Source: Trichinella spiralis
Lineage: Eukaryota
Reading direction: 5' to 3'
DNA length: 63,631 nt
NCBI RefSeq assembly: GCF_000181795.1
Contig: NW_003526940.1
Coordinates: 2,593,502-2,657,132 of the forward strand
The stretch's first letter is position 1. Every line of letters begins with the position of its first letter. Below are positions 36,553 to 50,474 of the stretch, in pieces. The position numbers and the translations under genes are program-made. The notes under the pieces are model-generated. The model was not told where the DNA came from. It saw only the letters and a program-made list of their open reading frames with translations, and did no database searches.

Positions 36553-39500
36553 ACTAAATGAAAACAAATAAACTGTAAAATGATTGCAATTTTAAGCAGC
36601 AAGTGAGAAATGAGTTGAAAACAATCGTTTCCAAGCCTACCATTTGCCTGCTTTTATTTTTTCCCTCTGCACTAACGCCCCACTGCCTCCTGTTTAAGCT
36701 TGTCAACGAATCAGCAAAACCCGCTCTAGTTAGTTCTTTAAATCTATTTAAAGCGATCCAAATGGTGAAGCATTTCACAACATAAACAGCTGACGGAAGC
36801 AGTTGAACAATGATGGCCGTTTCGTAGATTTGTTCAAGATGAACTCAAAAAGCAGCGTCTAGCAAAGTCGCCGGAATAAATTTATGCTGATTACATAATT
36901 ATTTGTTCGCGTTGTTGTTTTTGATTTAAAATCAACAAAACTTGTCGGTTTGATTTGCTTTTTATTCAGAAGAAACAATTTAACTATAATTCCTTGAACT
37001 ACTTTGCATAGGGACACCAGCACGGCATGGCGAAACCCAATGCTGGTGAAATGACAAGCGGCGCAAAGTTGCTTGCTTCTCCCGCTGCTCAGCTCTCTGT
37101 CAATCAGTCATTTCCCAGATGCTCTATTCAATATCTCAGCTTTGCACCTACATAAAGCTTACAGTAGTTGTCATATTAAAGCAATTGATTCAAGTTTGAC
37201 TGCTGTCGGTGGATTCTTAAGAACTGCGGATTCGGTAACAGGTAAATCAAGAAGCATGTCTTGGAAACAATGCAGACTCCATTGTTTTCCGTAGTATGAC
37301 ATTGCCACGGGCAACCCGTATGTTGTTTATTTCATTCCAAGATGCCGTCAGCAGTGCAAAGCTGAAATCAATTAATGAAAACCTGCCCTATGGTCTCTTT
37401 TGCACAGTCCCGCAAATCACAGGAGAAATCAAGTGATCATCAGAAATCAAGCAGAAAGCGAAAAGCAAATTTCAAGGCTGTATATTCCCATGACGCACAG
37501 TCTTCTGTTAATAAAATGAGGCAAAATTAGTATATCCATACCTAATATCCCATTTTCACCTTTGATTTATAAAAAAAATTAAAATATATGATCCAAAGCA
37601 TTGAATGCTATTTTCTGCCAAATTAAAATGAAGACATTACATTGAACAGCAAACTTTGATAATGTCGTAAAACGTGATTTCAAGAGCCCAATGAAGCATT
37701 GCTGAACGTTGAATAGTTTTGTTTATATTTGCAGAATAACTTGGTCTAAATGCATTTCTTGTCTTCTGTTAAACGAAGGAACTTGCTGAATATTATTTTA
37801 AAAGTGTCCAGTCAACATCAACAAGTCGCTGTGCTTTAGTGCAGTTATTATATTGTTAGTGAAAGCTCAGAATTATACATATTATTCAATTCAAATACTT
37901 TCATTTACGAGGTTTGATTGATAATAAACTAGAAGAATTTGCCTAATTTTGCTTAATATTGGACACAGAAAAGAAAATTTGCTTGCAAGATATGAAAATT
38001 ACATAACAATACATAATCTGATGTTTTTAACATTTTATGCTCAATAATTAAGCACCAATAAAAGATGATCAAAAGTACAAAGTGACAATGAAAAGTTAAT
38101 TATTTCGAAATTTTTTCTTCAAAATAATCGTTAGATAATCCTGCTAGCAGGATAAACGTTCTGATCTAGTTCAATTGAAGATGCAAATAAATCACCTTTT
38201 TGTAAAGAGTGTTGCTTGAACAAACATGAAGAGGTGCTGTTTTAACTGACCATTAAATTTGTTCTAGCACTTGTAAATTGGCTTGTATTCATTGACAATC
38301 GATAGCAAGAAAATCGATATACTGAACAAGACCACTGTGAATAATTTCAAGATTTCTTCAGCTTAAACAACTTCTTTGTATCTATATATGCATGTAGGTA
38401 TGGCAATAAAATTTTTTGATTCCACACATAACAGAACATCCGACGTATTGTTAATGTTCTTCATTAGCATTGAAATAAAAACAAATTATTCTCATTTCAA
38501 AATTGTACTTTGTAAAAAGTAAGTATGTTTTGAATGCAAAGCAGTGAACAAAAAAAACATGCTTCTTATGATGCATGCGTTTAGTGATATAGCAAAAGAC
38601 GACTTTTACGACGAAACAAAGTACCAACCAGCAAATAGATGGCAGATAGTTGAAATCGATCAATGTCGATTCTTTATGGAATTTTGCTGAAATATTTTTT
38701 GCAAAATAGTTTGCTTATCCCTGAGGAAAGCATCTTTCTGTTTGAATTATCAAGATGTCGATTATAGCATGTCAGTGCAACTTACGAAAGCGACATGTTT
38801 CTCAATAGCTGATGAGCGTTATCACTCATGCAATGATGACACCAAAAGCTGATTTAAATTAAATCATATAAAGTAATGGAAGCTCGTTAGTATTCAGCTC
38901 ATCAAGAATTTCATTATGAACAATTAGAAATTTTATTAAACACTTCACTAACGCAGCCAAACTTTCAACGTACTTTATATAATAAATCCTAAATAATATT
39001 GTTATCAGTGATTTACATTCGTTGATATTCTGAAGCATTACTTAATGTTTATTTGAAAATAATTTTCATTTTATTACTATTTCAAATTCTACTAGTTGTA
39101 CAAAAACAGTGTATCTGCTTTTTATTTACTTGGAATAAGAAGACTTTTTACACAGTTTTTCATCTTATCATGTAAACATTAAAATTAAATACAAAAATGT
39201 TTAGTTTTCTTGCAAGCAATTGTAAAAAGCAAATCACTAAACAATCAGCCCATGTTAACCACATTGTTAATCTGCTTAATGCCAACATTAAAGAAAACAC
39301 TATTATCTGTTCAACATTATGCAGTTTATAAATTTACGTAAGGCACTGTGTAATTTAAAATAACAAAAATTATAGAAATGTATGGATAATTGACAATTTG
39401 TGATTTATATTGAATTTCACATTCATAGCTTATTGCTTTCAATAACAATATTGTATTCAAATAATCTGAATTTCTAAATGACTATTATTTGCTTATTTCT

Positions 39501-42500
39501 GAAAGATTTTATTCTTATCAATAAATATTCTGATATGTGTCATAAGCTCGAATGAATATGCTTCAAGCTTCAATAATATGCAAATACAATAAAGCATGCT
39601 TGAGGTGCTCTACTCAAGGTTGATAATAATCTGTTTAGTCGAATGACAGAGAGAGAATTTCAGAAGCAAACAATTTTAAAAACAAATTTATTTTACATAA
39701 AAATAACAAAATTGGTAATAATTCAATTTTATAAGAATTTTTAATTATTGATAACAAGAATTTCATTTGTTGTAATTTCTTTTTAATGGTCCTTTTTTAT
39801 AGGTCAAAATTGCTCTTTGTACCTATTAAAATACTCTTTGCAGTTACGTGATTTCTGGAAAAAATTACTGAAAAACCAAAAAAAGTAATAACTAAAATTA
39901 CTTTTCTAGGTCTTGTTGAACAATATACTATCCATCTATGCTAACATTCAGCATGGTTGAAACAACTGTTCAAATTCTCAATAAACAGAAAAATATTTTC
40001 TTACTTTTTTAAGCGCATATTTCTGAAAAATAGCATGCTTGCAAACAGTGAATTTAAAAGTTTTCCTTAAAATATTTTTTCTGCTTGTGGCAAGGACTTT
40101 AAACAACGAGCCAAGAAAGAAAAAACCAATGTTACAGTGTTTCCAAATCAATAAAATCAGTCATTTGCCTGCCTCGAAATATATCTAATTTGTTCTTGAT
40201 TGAGACTTTTCTAAATAAATATGAATTAAAAAAATGATCTACTTTAAGCATTTTATATTTCAAAAGAAAATTGACCAATCAATAAGCATTTCAGAGGATA
40301 ATTTTTTATGTAAGATCCACAAATTGCGAAAAGATCCAAATGAACTAGAATTGTTCTCACCTTCCTGTATCCTGTGCAAGAATGTTTTTCTCACTGATTT
40401 GAACATCTCCTGACAAAAGTTTGTTCACAAAGCAGCTAAATTTTTATTATGAATAATAAATTGAAATAATTTATTCAATTTAATAAAAAATAAGCAAAAA
40501 CTTCTGTACAACAGCAGCATCAACACGAATGGATAAATATAATTTTCATCCAAAAATAACCGATTTCTATTGATCATAAAGTAAAATATTCAGTTACTGA
40601 TTACGCTAAAAATGCAAACTTATTATATTCATATTACGATTTCTTTAATTTATATTATATATGAACTTTTACTTTTTTACAGATCAAACTTTCAAAAGTA
40701 CAATATTTGAAAAGTGAACAACTTGAAAGCATTGCTAATTTAATTTATAAGCTAAAATTAAAATTTTTGCACAATTAATTTTTCATTGGTATTATTTGAA
40801 AAATATTCCAGTAAGATAAATAAGAACGGCACAGAATAAAAATACACTAACACGGAAATTATTAAATATTTCAGATTTTTGCATAAATAGCCTTAAGTTT
40901 GAAAACTGATTACTGGATACTTTTCAAAGTGTAGAACAAAAATTCAACAAGTAGTTGTATGGAAAACAGTTTTTATAAATTAAAAAAGATTAGCATATTT
41001 CGATTGAAAATTATATTTTTTTTAAAATGTTGACGTACCTGCATATTGAATCCTGACTATATTTTTGCCTTTTTTCCAATGAAAGAAGCTTTTTCAAAAT
41101 AAAATATTTATTTTTAAGAATGGCTTTCTTGATCATGTTTTAGAAGAAAAAAAAGAATAAAAATTTCAACAATTAATTTTTCTTAATAATTGCCTTCTTT
41201 TTCCGTGAAATAATCTTCTTCATTTTGTGTCTTACATTATACGTCATGGTTAAATATTGCTTTCAAGAATAATAATAATAATAATGAAAGATTTTCATGC
41301 ATTTCTTTCAGTAAAATCTATTTTTAAAATGACAATTTTTTTCCTATATCATAACCAATGAATAGAATTGATGAACAACTGTTTTATTCTAAAGTAAAAT
41401 AAAATTAAAATACTGTTTTATAGCGCAACAATAATTCTTTTAATATCATTTAGTTTTCAATACTGTTGCAAGATACAATATGTGCTGATAAGAAATATTA
41501 AATTAAAAAATGAAATTTTTGTAAAAATAATTGAAAAAAATAATAAAATTAAATTTTTTGAAGTAAATTTATCACTCTTAAATAATTATAATAATGACTG
41601 CATTAATTTTTTAATTTTCACCATTAATAGAATTGGATATGGCATTAGTATGATTTAGATTTCATAAATTTATAACAAGCTAATTATTAAAATTTCAGTT
41701 ATATTATACGCAGAATTAGTTGAAAATTGTTGTATTAAGTTTTGTCGATGTGCATTTGCTTCATATATTCTATTTTGCATTTTGTTTCGTGCTTTGTTTT
41801 TTTAAGTTGTTCAGTCAAAAAATTTATATGCAACATAGATATTTTTTTTAATTTAAAGTCTAAAATTATATGATAAGAATATTTTTGCTTAATTAATCAA
41901 ATACTATTATCATCTGAATTCCAGCTAATTTCATTCAATTAAATTCAAATTCTTTTGACAGCTCAATATAATGTAACAATTTGTTCATCTTTAGAAGTTT
42001 ATACAAATTAAATATTTCATGTTTTATCATTTGTAGTTAAAAATTTATAATAAATAAAACCTAAAGCAATGCACTTGCTCAAATGATACGAATTATTACA
42101 AATTTAGTTGTAAATGATTTCACTAGAATTAATTAAAAGAACTGGTAAATTTTCATAAATTATCAATAAACTAAGATTATAATTATTACAACTAAGTTAT
42201 TATTAAAAGAATTTCTTATTATTTAGATGTAAAATTAACAATTTTAATTATAACATATATGAAATTGATAAATTTATATATAAAATACAAAATCATGGTA
42301 GTTATTATTTCTGGAATTGTTAACTAAACAATACATTAAAGCAGAATTTAAAATAAATTTCTCATTTTTAAGCACGTTGAAAAGTTGAATGTGCTTTACT
42401 TTCTTAATGTGCTTATTTATTAGGAAAGTTTTTAAATTTCATGCAAATGCATCTTCAATATTATTTCAAGAGAAAATTTTAAACTGATTTAAAAAATGAT

Positions 42501-45500
42501 TTTAAACTTAAAAATTTTCAATTTTAATCATTTTAAAATGATTTTAAGATCAATTTTAAAAAATAACCTAAAATCCTATTCAATTTTGCTCTAAATATAC
42601 ATTCTAAAAGCAATTTTAATTAAAGAAATAGTTAATTTTGTAAGTAAATTGAAGAAATTTATGTATTTGGAAAGTTAGGTCAAAAGTCTTGCCTTCTGTC
42701 ACTTTTTCAGTCAGCAAAATAAATTATAAATTATTGCTAATTTTAAAACTGTTATAACAAGCATATTTCTAAACCTAATACGACAGCTTAATTTTTTTTC
42801 TAATACTAAAATGCTTAACATAACAAAAAATACAAAAAACTAGATATAAAATGTATTTTGAATATATAAAAAGAATGAGTAATTAATAGATCACTTGTGT
42901 AAAATTTCCCCTGTAAAATTCTTGCAAATTTATAGAACTGAACAACATAACTCGTGAATAGCAAGAAAAAAAATGAATTTTTGTAATTTATTTGAAAAAT
43001 GGGGACTGTTAATTCAAATATTGGATATTTTATGAATATTTGGTAAATGAATATAAGTCTACTAAAAATAAGCTTAAAAATCAATCATCGATTCCTCTGG
43101 GCTTCCTCAAAGTCTAACACGTGTATTCTTAAATCCAATTTCTGTTGCTGTCAGAAATAGAGCCTGTCCAAAATTTAAACTTGCAAGTACAAATTGAAAA
43201 AAAATACACTTCTCACTTACTTTTTATTTGCAGTATAAAAGCATTTGCTTTCAGAAAAACAACTTCTCACTTATTGTCATTTTACAATGGTGATCATTAG
43301 ATATGATTCTCATTTGGATGTGTTAAATATGGAATATTTATTTAGTTGCCAAAAAAGTAAACATTTCAGATAATTAAATATCTACGCAAAGCATCAAGTG
43401 ATAAGTAATATATTTCAGATATTATGAAAAAATTCTTTCTTAAACAGAATATATGTCAAATAAAAATACTATAAAAGTTCCATAAATAAAAATGATTCCA
43501 ATAGAGTGTTATACACAGTTTTTTAAATTAATATTTCATATACTATATTTGGACAGCTTATTTAATACTATTACTGTTTAAGCTTGAAACTCAATCAATG
43601 CATACTAAATTTCATATCTTAAAGAACTGCTTAATCATCTATTTGATTAATAATGTTTGCTGTTTAAAGAAATGAATAATCCCGCTGATGTGATGATGTG
43701 AACTAAAGGTAGCTTCATTCAGTGTTTGCTTTTCACATCCAGACTATCTAATGTGTAATATTGTATTTTTTTTACCAACAAATAACCACAGGTTAATAAT
43801 ATAATGAAATCAGTATAAATTCTTTCTTACTATTTGTTAATATGATATGCGAAATGCTTTACAAAATATATTACTGCTGTGGATAGTGATGTTGCAAAAT
43901 GCATTATATGTTGATAAAAAAATTAGTCTTATTTTTTAGTTTAGATCAGATAAATTTCATTTCAAAGATTTCAACTTGAAATAAAAATTAATAAACATTT
44001 CATTACACTGCTACAAAATGAAAAATTTTTATAAAAAAAGGTCCAAACGTCCCAATGTTTTATCATCAAGTTTGGAAAATTTTTGCTAACAAAATTAGTA
44101 TAACAAGTGAAAAGTATACAAATAAGTGGATTAAATGTTTCACCAATGGATGTTTCTAATGAAAATGCAAGAACACGGAAGATGACTATAATTTTTTTTA
44201 ATTTCTCAATAATTTTTGCATGCGATCAATTAAACTGCAACAATGGATAATGAAATATTTGGCTTTTTAATTAAAATTAAAAAGCAAGCTGTCTGATTGA
44301 ATATGTCAAAAATATTGACACAAGAAAAAAGTGCATGGAAATGTTCATAATTTTATTATTTGTGCAGATATTTTATTCATTTACTGTTAATGGAAATAGT
44401 GATTAAATAGAATAGAAAAGATTTCAACTTTAATGCTTTAATATTTGATTATAAGAAGGCATTGAAAATGATGCGTTTTGAATTTACTTTCAAAACTGAA
44501 TTTAAATGCAGAAAAAAATGGATATAGAGAGGAAGAGAAAATATTTTTGTTAAGAACAATCAATTTATATTATTTTTACCTTATTAATGGGAAATGATGT
44601 GACAAGATCGTCTTTGAAACGGCCGAGCAGAAATGGAATACAGTCGTGCCATCTTCTTTGAAATACTTTTACGCTATTTTTGATCGGAAATTTTCAGACA
44701 GAAATATTCATCCAGTTGATGATCATCAATTCGTTGCAACGTTCTGCTTTGAAAATTGATTAATGAATAGTTTTCCCAAATTGCGTTTCTACATAGAATT
44801 TACTAATAAATCTTACAACTGGAATGTCATCTGAACAAAAGAAATGCGCTTCTTTTTTCTTCTTTTTTTTTAATTCTATAGAGTTTTTGAAGTAATTTAT
44901 TTTGAAAATAAAAAAGCAGCTTAAAAGCTTCAAACAATCTCATTACATGCGTAAATGAGATATTTAATTTTTCAAATGTGCATTGGAATTCATTTACAAC
45001 ATAAAACAGAATTTAATAATGTACTTTAAACTACAATCATTTATTTAATTCAGCTAACAATATTGAAGAGTATATTGGTGAAAATTTTAAATAAATTATA
45101 CACTACAGAATAAAAAGAAAAATGAAAATGCAGTTGTTACTTATTGATAATTTTTCAAATGAACCGCTGATTGATAGCAATCAACAAATGATCCTTACTT
45201 AAAAGTTCAACAAGCTTGAAGTGTCGTGATTCGTACTGATGACTCTTTTGCTAAATAATAACGAAATTCAAGATTCCATAATGTCACAGAGTTGATAAAG
45301 TTTAATGGTTGGTTTAGTTGTATAAAATCACTGATATATTTCAATAAATGCGCGAATAAATTTGACCAATCAGAACGGGCCTTTCCAGTTGGAAGGTTAA
45401 TGTCAACTTGGAATTAAGCTATTCAAATCAATACGTGACCATTAGGGAACCTTTTATGTATCATCCTCCCAAAATAGACAAATTTCATAAAGGGAAATGC

Positions 45501-45515
45501 ATATTCCACTGTGTA

Positions 45516-48500
45516 GTAGTTTGCATTGGAATGGCGCCAAAGTTTACGCTACATCTAGCAGAAGTTTTCGCTTATTCAGACGAAAACACAGCAACAAATA
45601 AAATAATCTCCACCATTAAACGCATGGTCTTCTGTGTTTTGCACTGACCATTCCCAAATTGCAAATCAATTTTCTATCTCAAGGATAATGCTTTTACACT
45701 GAAAGCAGTCAATAAATCTGTCAAAACCATCATGATATTTTTTTCCATTTTGAATTTTAATCCACTTTTTTTTGAAATTTCTATAAAAATTTTATTTTTG
45801 CTTTTTATTTTAAGGATCGCTAGGAAAATACTTTTACATTTCTCAATTCAATTTTATCACCAGTTAATTTAAAAAATATTTCAAAAAACTTTCAACTTGA
45901 TATGCAAAAATTCAACTTTTCAAATGACATCAAATATTGAAATATCGTTTATTTAACAGAAACATGTTACTTTACGATTTAAATTTCGCTGAAAATTTTT
46001 TTATCCAATCAATTGTTTATCCTCTAACAAAACTGATTAACATAAAATTTATTTTGCAATGAAAGCTAGTTAACATTGACATTTTATAATTTAAAAAACA
46101 GTTTGATTTGATTAAAAATATACAAAATTGCAACGAAACAGTCTTGCTTGGTCATTTCCTTAATTTACAGTTGCGAAGGTGATGATAATTATGGTTTTTT
46201 TACATGTCCATGTTATAAAATGGAAAAAAAGAAATACAACTTATCTTTTGATATTTTAATAGAATATTCAAGTGGTCTTTTATAATATAAACTTGAAAAT
46301 CAATTTTTTAGTTTGCTTTAAAATTTTAAATTATTTTGATTTTATTACTTCATAATTGTTCAAATTTTATTTTCAAAAGCTACTTTATCTTTAATATCAA
46401 TTTCAATTTTTTTAATAAATTTCAATGAAACATCCATAATATTTAAAAATCAACTTAAAACATTGAAATGCACAAAGTGTTTTGTATTACGTGAATGTAA
46501 ATGCACTTACATCCCAATCTTGATATAATAGTTTGCAAAACAGTAAAAATGTTTTCAATATATGGAAATATTTTCAACGGATAAATTGTCGTCATTTGTC
46601 ATTTAGAATATTTTAAATTTTAGCAAAAATCATATTCTATATAAACGATAGTATATTCACATAACTTTAAAGCAGTGAATGTGAAAAGAATGTGTCAATC
46701 TCAGTGTTGTGCAGATATTATTTTAAAATTGCAAAATTAAAATACTTATTATTTCTCGCTTGTGTTGTGCAACTGATTTTATGCATTTCAAAGCACAACA
46801 ACAGATGCAGTGGGATAAAAATAAATTTTTCTGGTGGTTAGTGTTCAAGTTTGCTTTCGTTTTTATCAAAAGTGAAATTTGAAATGTACATTAGCAAAAG
46901 TAATCTGTAAGCATTGTATGTCACATTAATGATGTCAATCAGTTTTAATTAGCACAAGGTTGCCTTTGTCTGGTGTCTGAAAATTCCAGTGTCGCCTACG
47001 TTGAATATTTGTTGCGACGAAAATTTTCAAACAACCCACACATAATTTCCAACATATTATTCCTATTCGCTCCTCTACCATATATATAGCAAATAATATT
47101 TTTTTTAATCACTGCTTGCACCCACGCTTTGCATTTGCTTACTTTCGAATAAAAATTGATGATAATTTTTGTTTTGTTGTAAATAAAAATTGCTAGCCAA
47201 AATGAAGATTATATATTCAATAAGTGGGATATAACATGAAACTGTATCTGGTAATGAAATGACAGTTGCATCATTTCAACTGTTACTGTTTCAAATTGAT
47301 CATTGCACATGCTGCTGTTGTAATAATTATACATGAAGCTGTCGATTTATGGAAATTTTCAAGATGAACAGCAGTTTGAAAAGTTACTAATATATATGTC
47401 TCAGTGGCTTATTTTTCTCTTCCAAGAAAAATGATACGTTTCAGTTATTAAAGCAATTCTACTAAAATTATATACTGGAAAAGATTATGAGAAAATTTTT
47501 TTAGACTGCATTGCAGGGAAGCAGTAATGATTCCCCCTGGGTTTAAATTTGATTGGTTGCAAACAGAAGGAAATTATTTATGGACCCCGTTTGCTAAATA
47601 AATATTCTACGTTTCTGTCATTTTTAAAGTAACTGTTATTTATGCTTATGAATTTTTTTTGCATTTTCAAAATTCAGTATCCCGTTTGACGTGAACTGTA
47701 CAAGTCAAATCATATTTCATCCAAAGTGAATGAATATGTTGCTGCGGAATTGGATTTTCATTGCGCTTCACGTATGCGTGAAGTTTCAGATCGACGCTAT
47801 AGGCTGCTGTGGATCTTTGACCAATGACAGCAGCATCAGTCAATCTGAAAAGCAAAAACCTTTCAAAGAAATTCTAGCAAGCATGGATCGCTTGCATCAG
47901 CTTTTAACTGTAAAGCGCATTGTTGAAGAATTAAATATTCCACTACCTCTTCCAAATCATACCTCTCCGAAATATACTTCCCTAGCTCAAATAGCATTCC
48001 ATGAAACTGTAGAAATTGGTCAGTCTTCTTCAAATGGTCAGTCGTCAGTATCGGTCATAACGTTGGAAATAGCTGGAATTCCTACAGGTAAAATGATATT
48101 TTTCATTTATTATTATGAAACATCTTTCTCACTTCTTTTTTGACTTTTTGAAACAACCTTTTTGTGTTAAGTGTTTTTATTTGTCGATGAAATGCCGTTC
48201 TTTACTAAACATTTGGAAAATATTTTCTGAATTTTTAATATTACAAGCATAATTTTGAAAAACATTTCGGAAATGAAATAAGCATTTAAATATTGAAATG
48301 TAAAATTGAATTACATATCAATTGTGATATTAAAAGTAAAAGTTTAACAGTTGAATTAAAATAAAAGTGAACAGGTCAAAAATTATGAAAATAATAATTT
48401 TATTATAACAAATTAGAACAAGGCTTTTTTTATGCAAGATGAAAAATTTAACATATAACAAATTATTTAATATTGTTTTTAAATAAATGATATATCACAT

Positions 48501-50474
48501 CATTTGAAAAAATTTGGTTATTTCAGTTAATTTTCCAATATTATTTCAAATTTTTTGGAAAAATTTCTTTTCAAAATTTTTGACAATGTATGAGGATAAT
48601 AAACCTGTAATTTTTGATATTTGGTTGGTTCGTTTCGGGATGACATGTTGAAAATGGTGAATAAGAAGAGCAAACAAGGTGCTTCTCAAGGTCATAACTA
48701 GCCAGTTTCTTGGAAATTTTTATTTTAATGTTGTTTTCTGATATCGCTGTTTCAAAGAATAACTTTCTATTCATAAAATGTCTCTCTTACATAATGATAA
48801 ACCATCAAAACAGTGTGAAATCCTTTTCATGTCTAGTTTCAATGAATCACAATTCTCGGGGCAAAAAATTTTTGACATTACTTTCTAGGTCAATTAGTAC
48901 GTTACGCCGAAATTTGAACATTAAGCTCAACAATTCACAGATCAATTGTTTCATTCAGATGCGTTCACAAATGTCTTCTTCTTATTCATAATTTGTTTGC
49001 AACTTTTGCCAACGGACAGGACAATTTGTTCTTCAATTTATAACATCAACCAATTAAACTGAGGATACAAAAAAGATTTAATTTTGAATAATAATAAAAT
49101 TTAAATATTTACTTTGACTACAAATAACACAGATATGCTTTACTTCCTTTTTGAAAAAAAAGAGGTTATTTATTTTTGTCCAATAATTTAATAGTTGTTT
49201 GTATTGTTTCAAAATTTAAAAATTTTGATAAAATAAAAAAATCTGTTAATATGAATTTTAAAATTTGAAGAAATAGAAAAAAAAAGAAAGAAAAACACAC
49301 TTGAACATCATCGAATATGTGAGTTTGGAATTTTGATTTGCAAGTTCAATTTAGCAACGTTTGAATGGATAGGTGTGAAATTGAAATTGATTTAATCTAA
49401 AAATCATGTTGATCATATTGAAAAATGAGCTTTTCTATTTTCAAATGAACTACTAATCAAAGATGGACAATTGAAAGGAATACTGTAATGAAAATTTGTT
49501 TTTAAACTTGTGGACAGTTAGTTGTTGTAGAAAATGATTCTGTTGAAGACCTGTAATTTTTGTAATTTTTTTAAACCAGAATAAATAAAAAGATGGAAAT
49601 TTATTTTCCAAATTATTACAACTTTTTCCATTTCTGTGTTGTTGTTGTTGTTGTCAAATTTCCAACATCTGCTAGCAGAAGTTTGACAACACACACAGTC
49701 ATTGTGACCTTTTTAATTTTGTTCAATCATCATTACAATATCAAAAATATGCTACCTACTTATTGAAATTATTAATTAATTCAAATATCAGTAAGTTTGT
49801 TTGTTTGTGCAAAAGAGAGAAAGAATTATTTAAGTTTTCATTTTGCAAAACAAAAAAAATGTTTCGATAATAATTTACTGATAATGATGATGAATTAATT
49901 TTGTGTCAAATTGGAATGGACAACGATTTTTTTTTATAAAAATAAATATTTGTTTATTTTCATAATCTTAAATATTAAAATTGTTAAATACATAGATCCG
50001 TTGACAATGACTTTTCTTTTATTCAATGATGTAAAAATTAAAACCAAAAAAAAAAAATAAAAGATCGATCAAATTTTCAATTCAAACAACAATTGTTGGA
50101 ATATAAATTTGCATAAAAGTTTTCATTTCCAATACGCATCAATTGATTGTTCAGATGGGAATGACAAGTGGGTCGGATCGAACGACGATCACCACAATCA
50201 TCACCATCACGACGAACTGCTCCATCACAAAATTACGTTCAACATGTCCAGCTCGTATACGTCGAACAGCAGATTGGTCGCTGCGGAATTGGTCGTACCG
50301 CTGTTGCAGGGCCAGCAGCCTTGTCGAGCGCTTTTCGAACGGATCTCCTGGTCGGGATCGAACGGGACCGACCGAACGCGGACCAATCGAATCGACCGGT
50401 CCGCCTGCGAACCATTCACGTCACTTTACCGTTGGTGGAATTGTGACCAACTGGACCGGTGGGAAATGACGACC
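45516..50474. repeat. Near-identical tandem duplicate of 50485-55447, separated by N-gap 50475-50484
   Basis: Identical ORF pairs (47730/52701, 48710/53681). The first copy degrades with indels just before the gap. Confidence 0.95.
47730..50474 (+). CDS. Partial duplicate of the TGF-beta-family gene (exon 1 and start of exon 2), truncated at a gap
   Basis: Exon 1 translation is identical to 52701-53058. Exon 2 starts at about 50155 and ends at the Ns, with frameshifting errors. Confidence 0.7.

Noticed and set aside
37295..37330. AACCCGTA (miR-100-family 5' end) in a small hairpin
   Set aside because: The rest does not match miR-100/miR-51 family sequences and the stem is too short for a pre-miRNA.
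38138..38153. Perfect 16-bp palindrome ATCCTGCTAGCAGGAT
   Set aside because: Isolated, with no flanking structure or repetition; chance cannot be excluded.
30500..49000. Short ORFs in AT-rich intronic or intergenic DNA (32743, 33406, 34639, 35812, 38451, 42815, 45408, 48710 and others)
   Set aside because: F/I/L/K/N-biased translations expected from AT-rich non-coding DNA, with no motifs or splice support.
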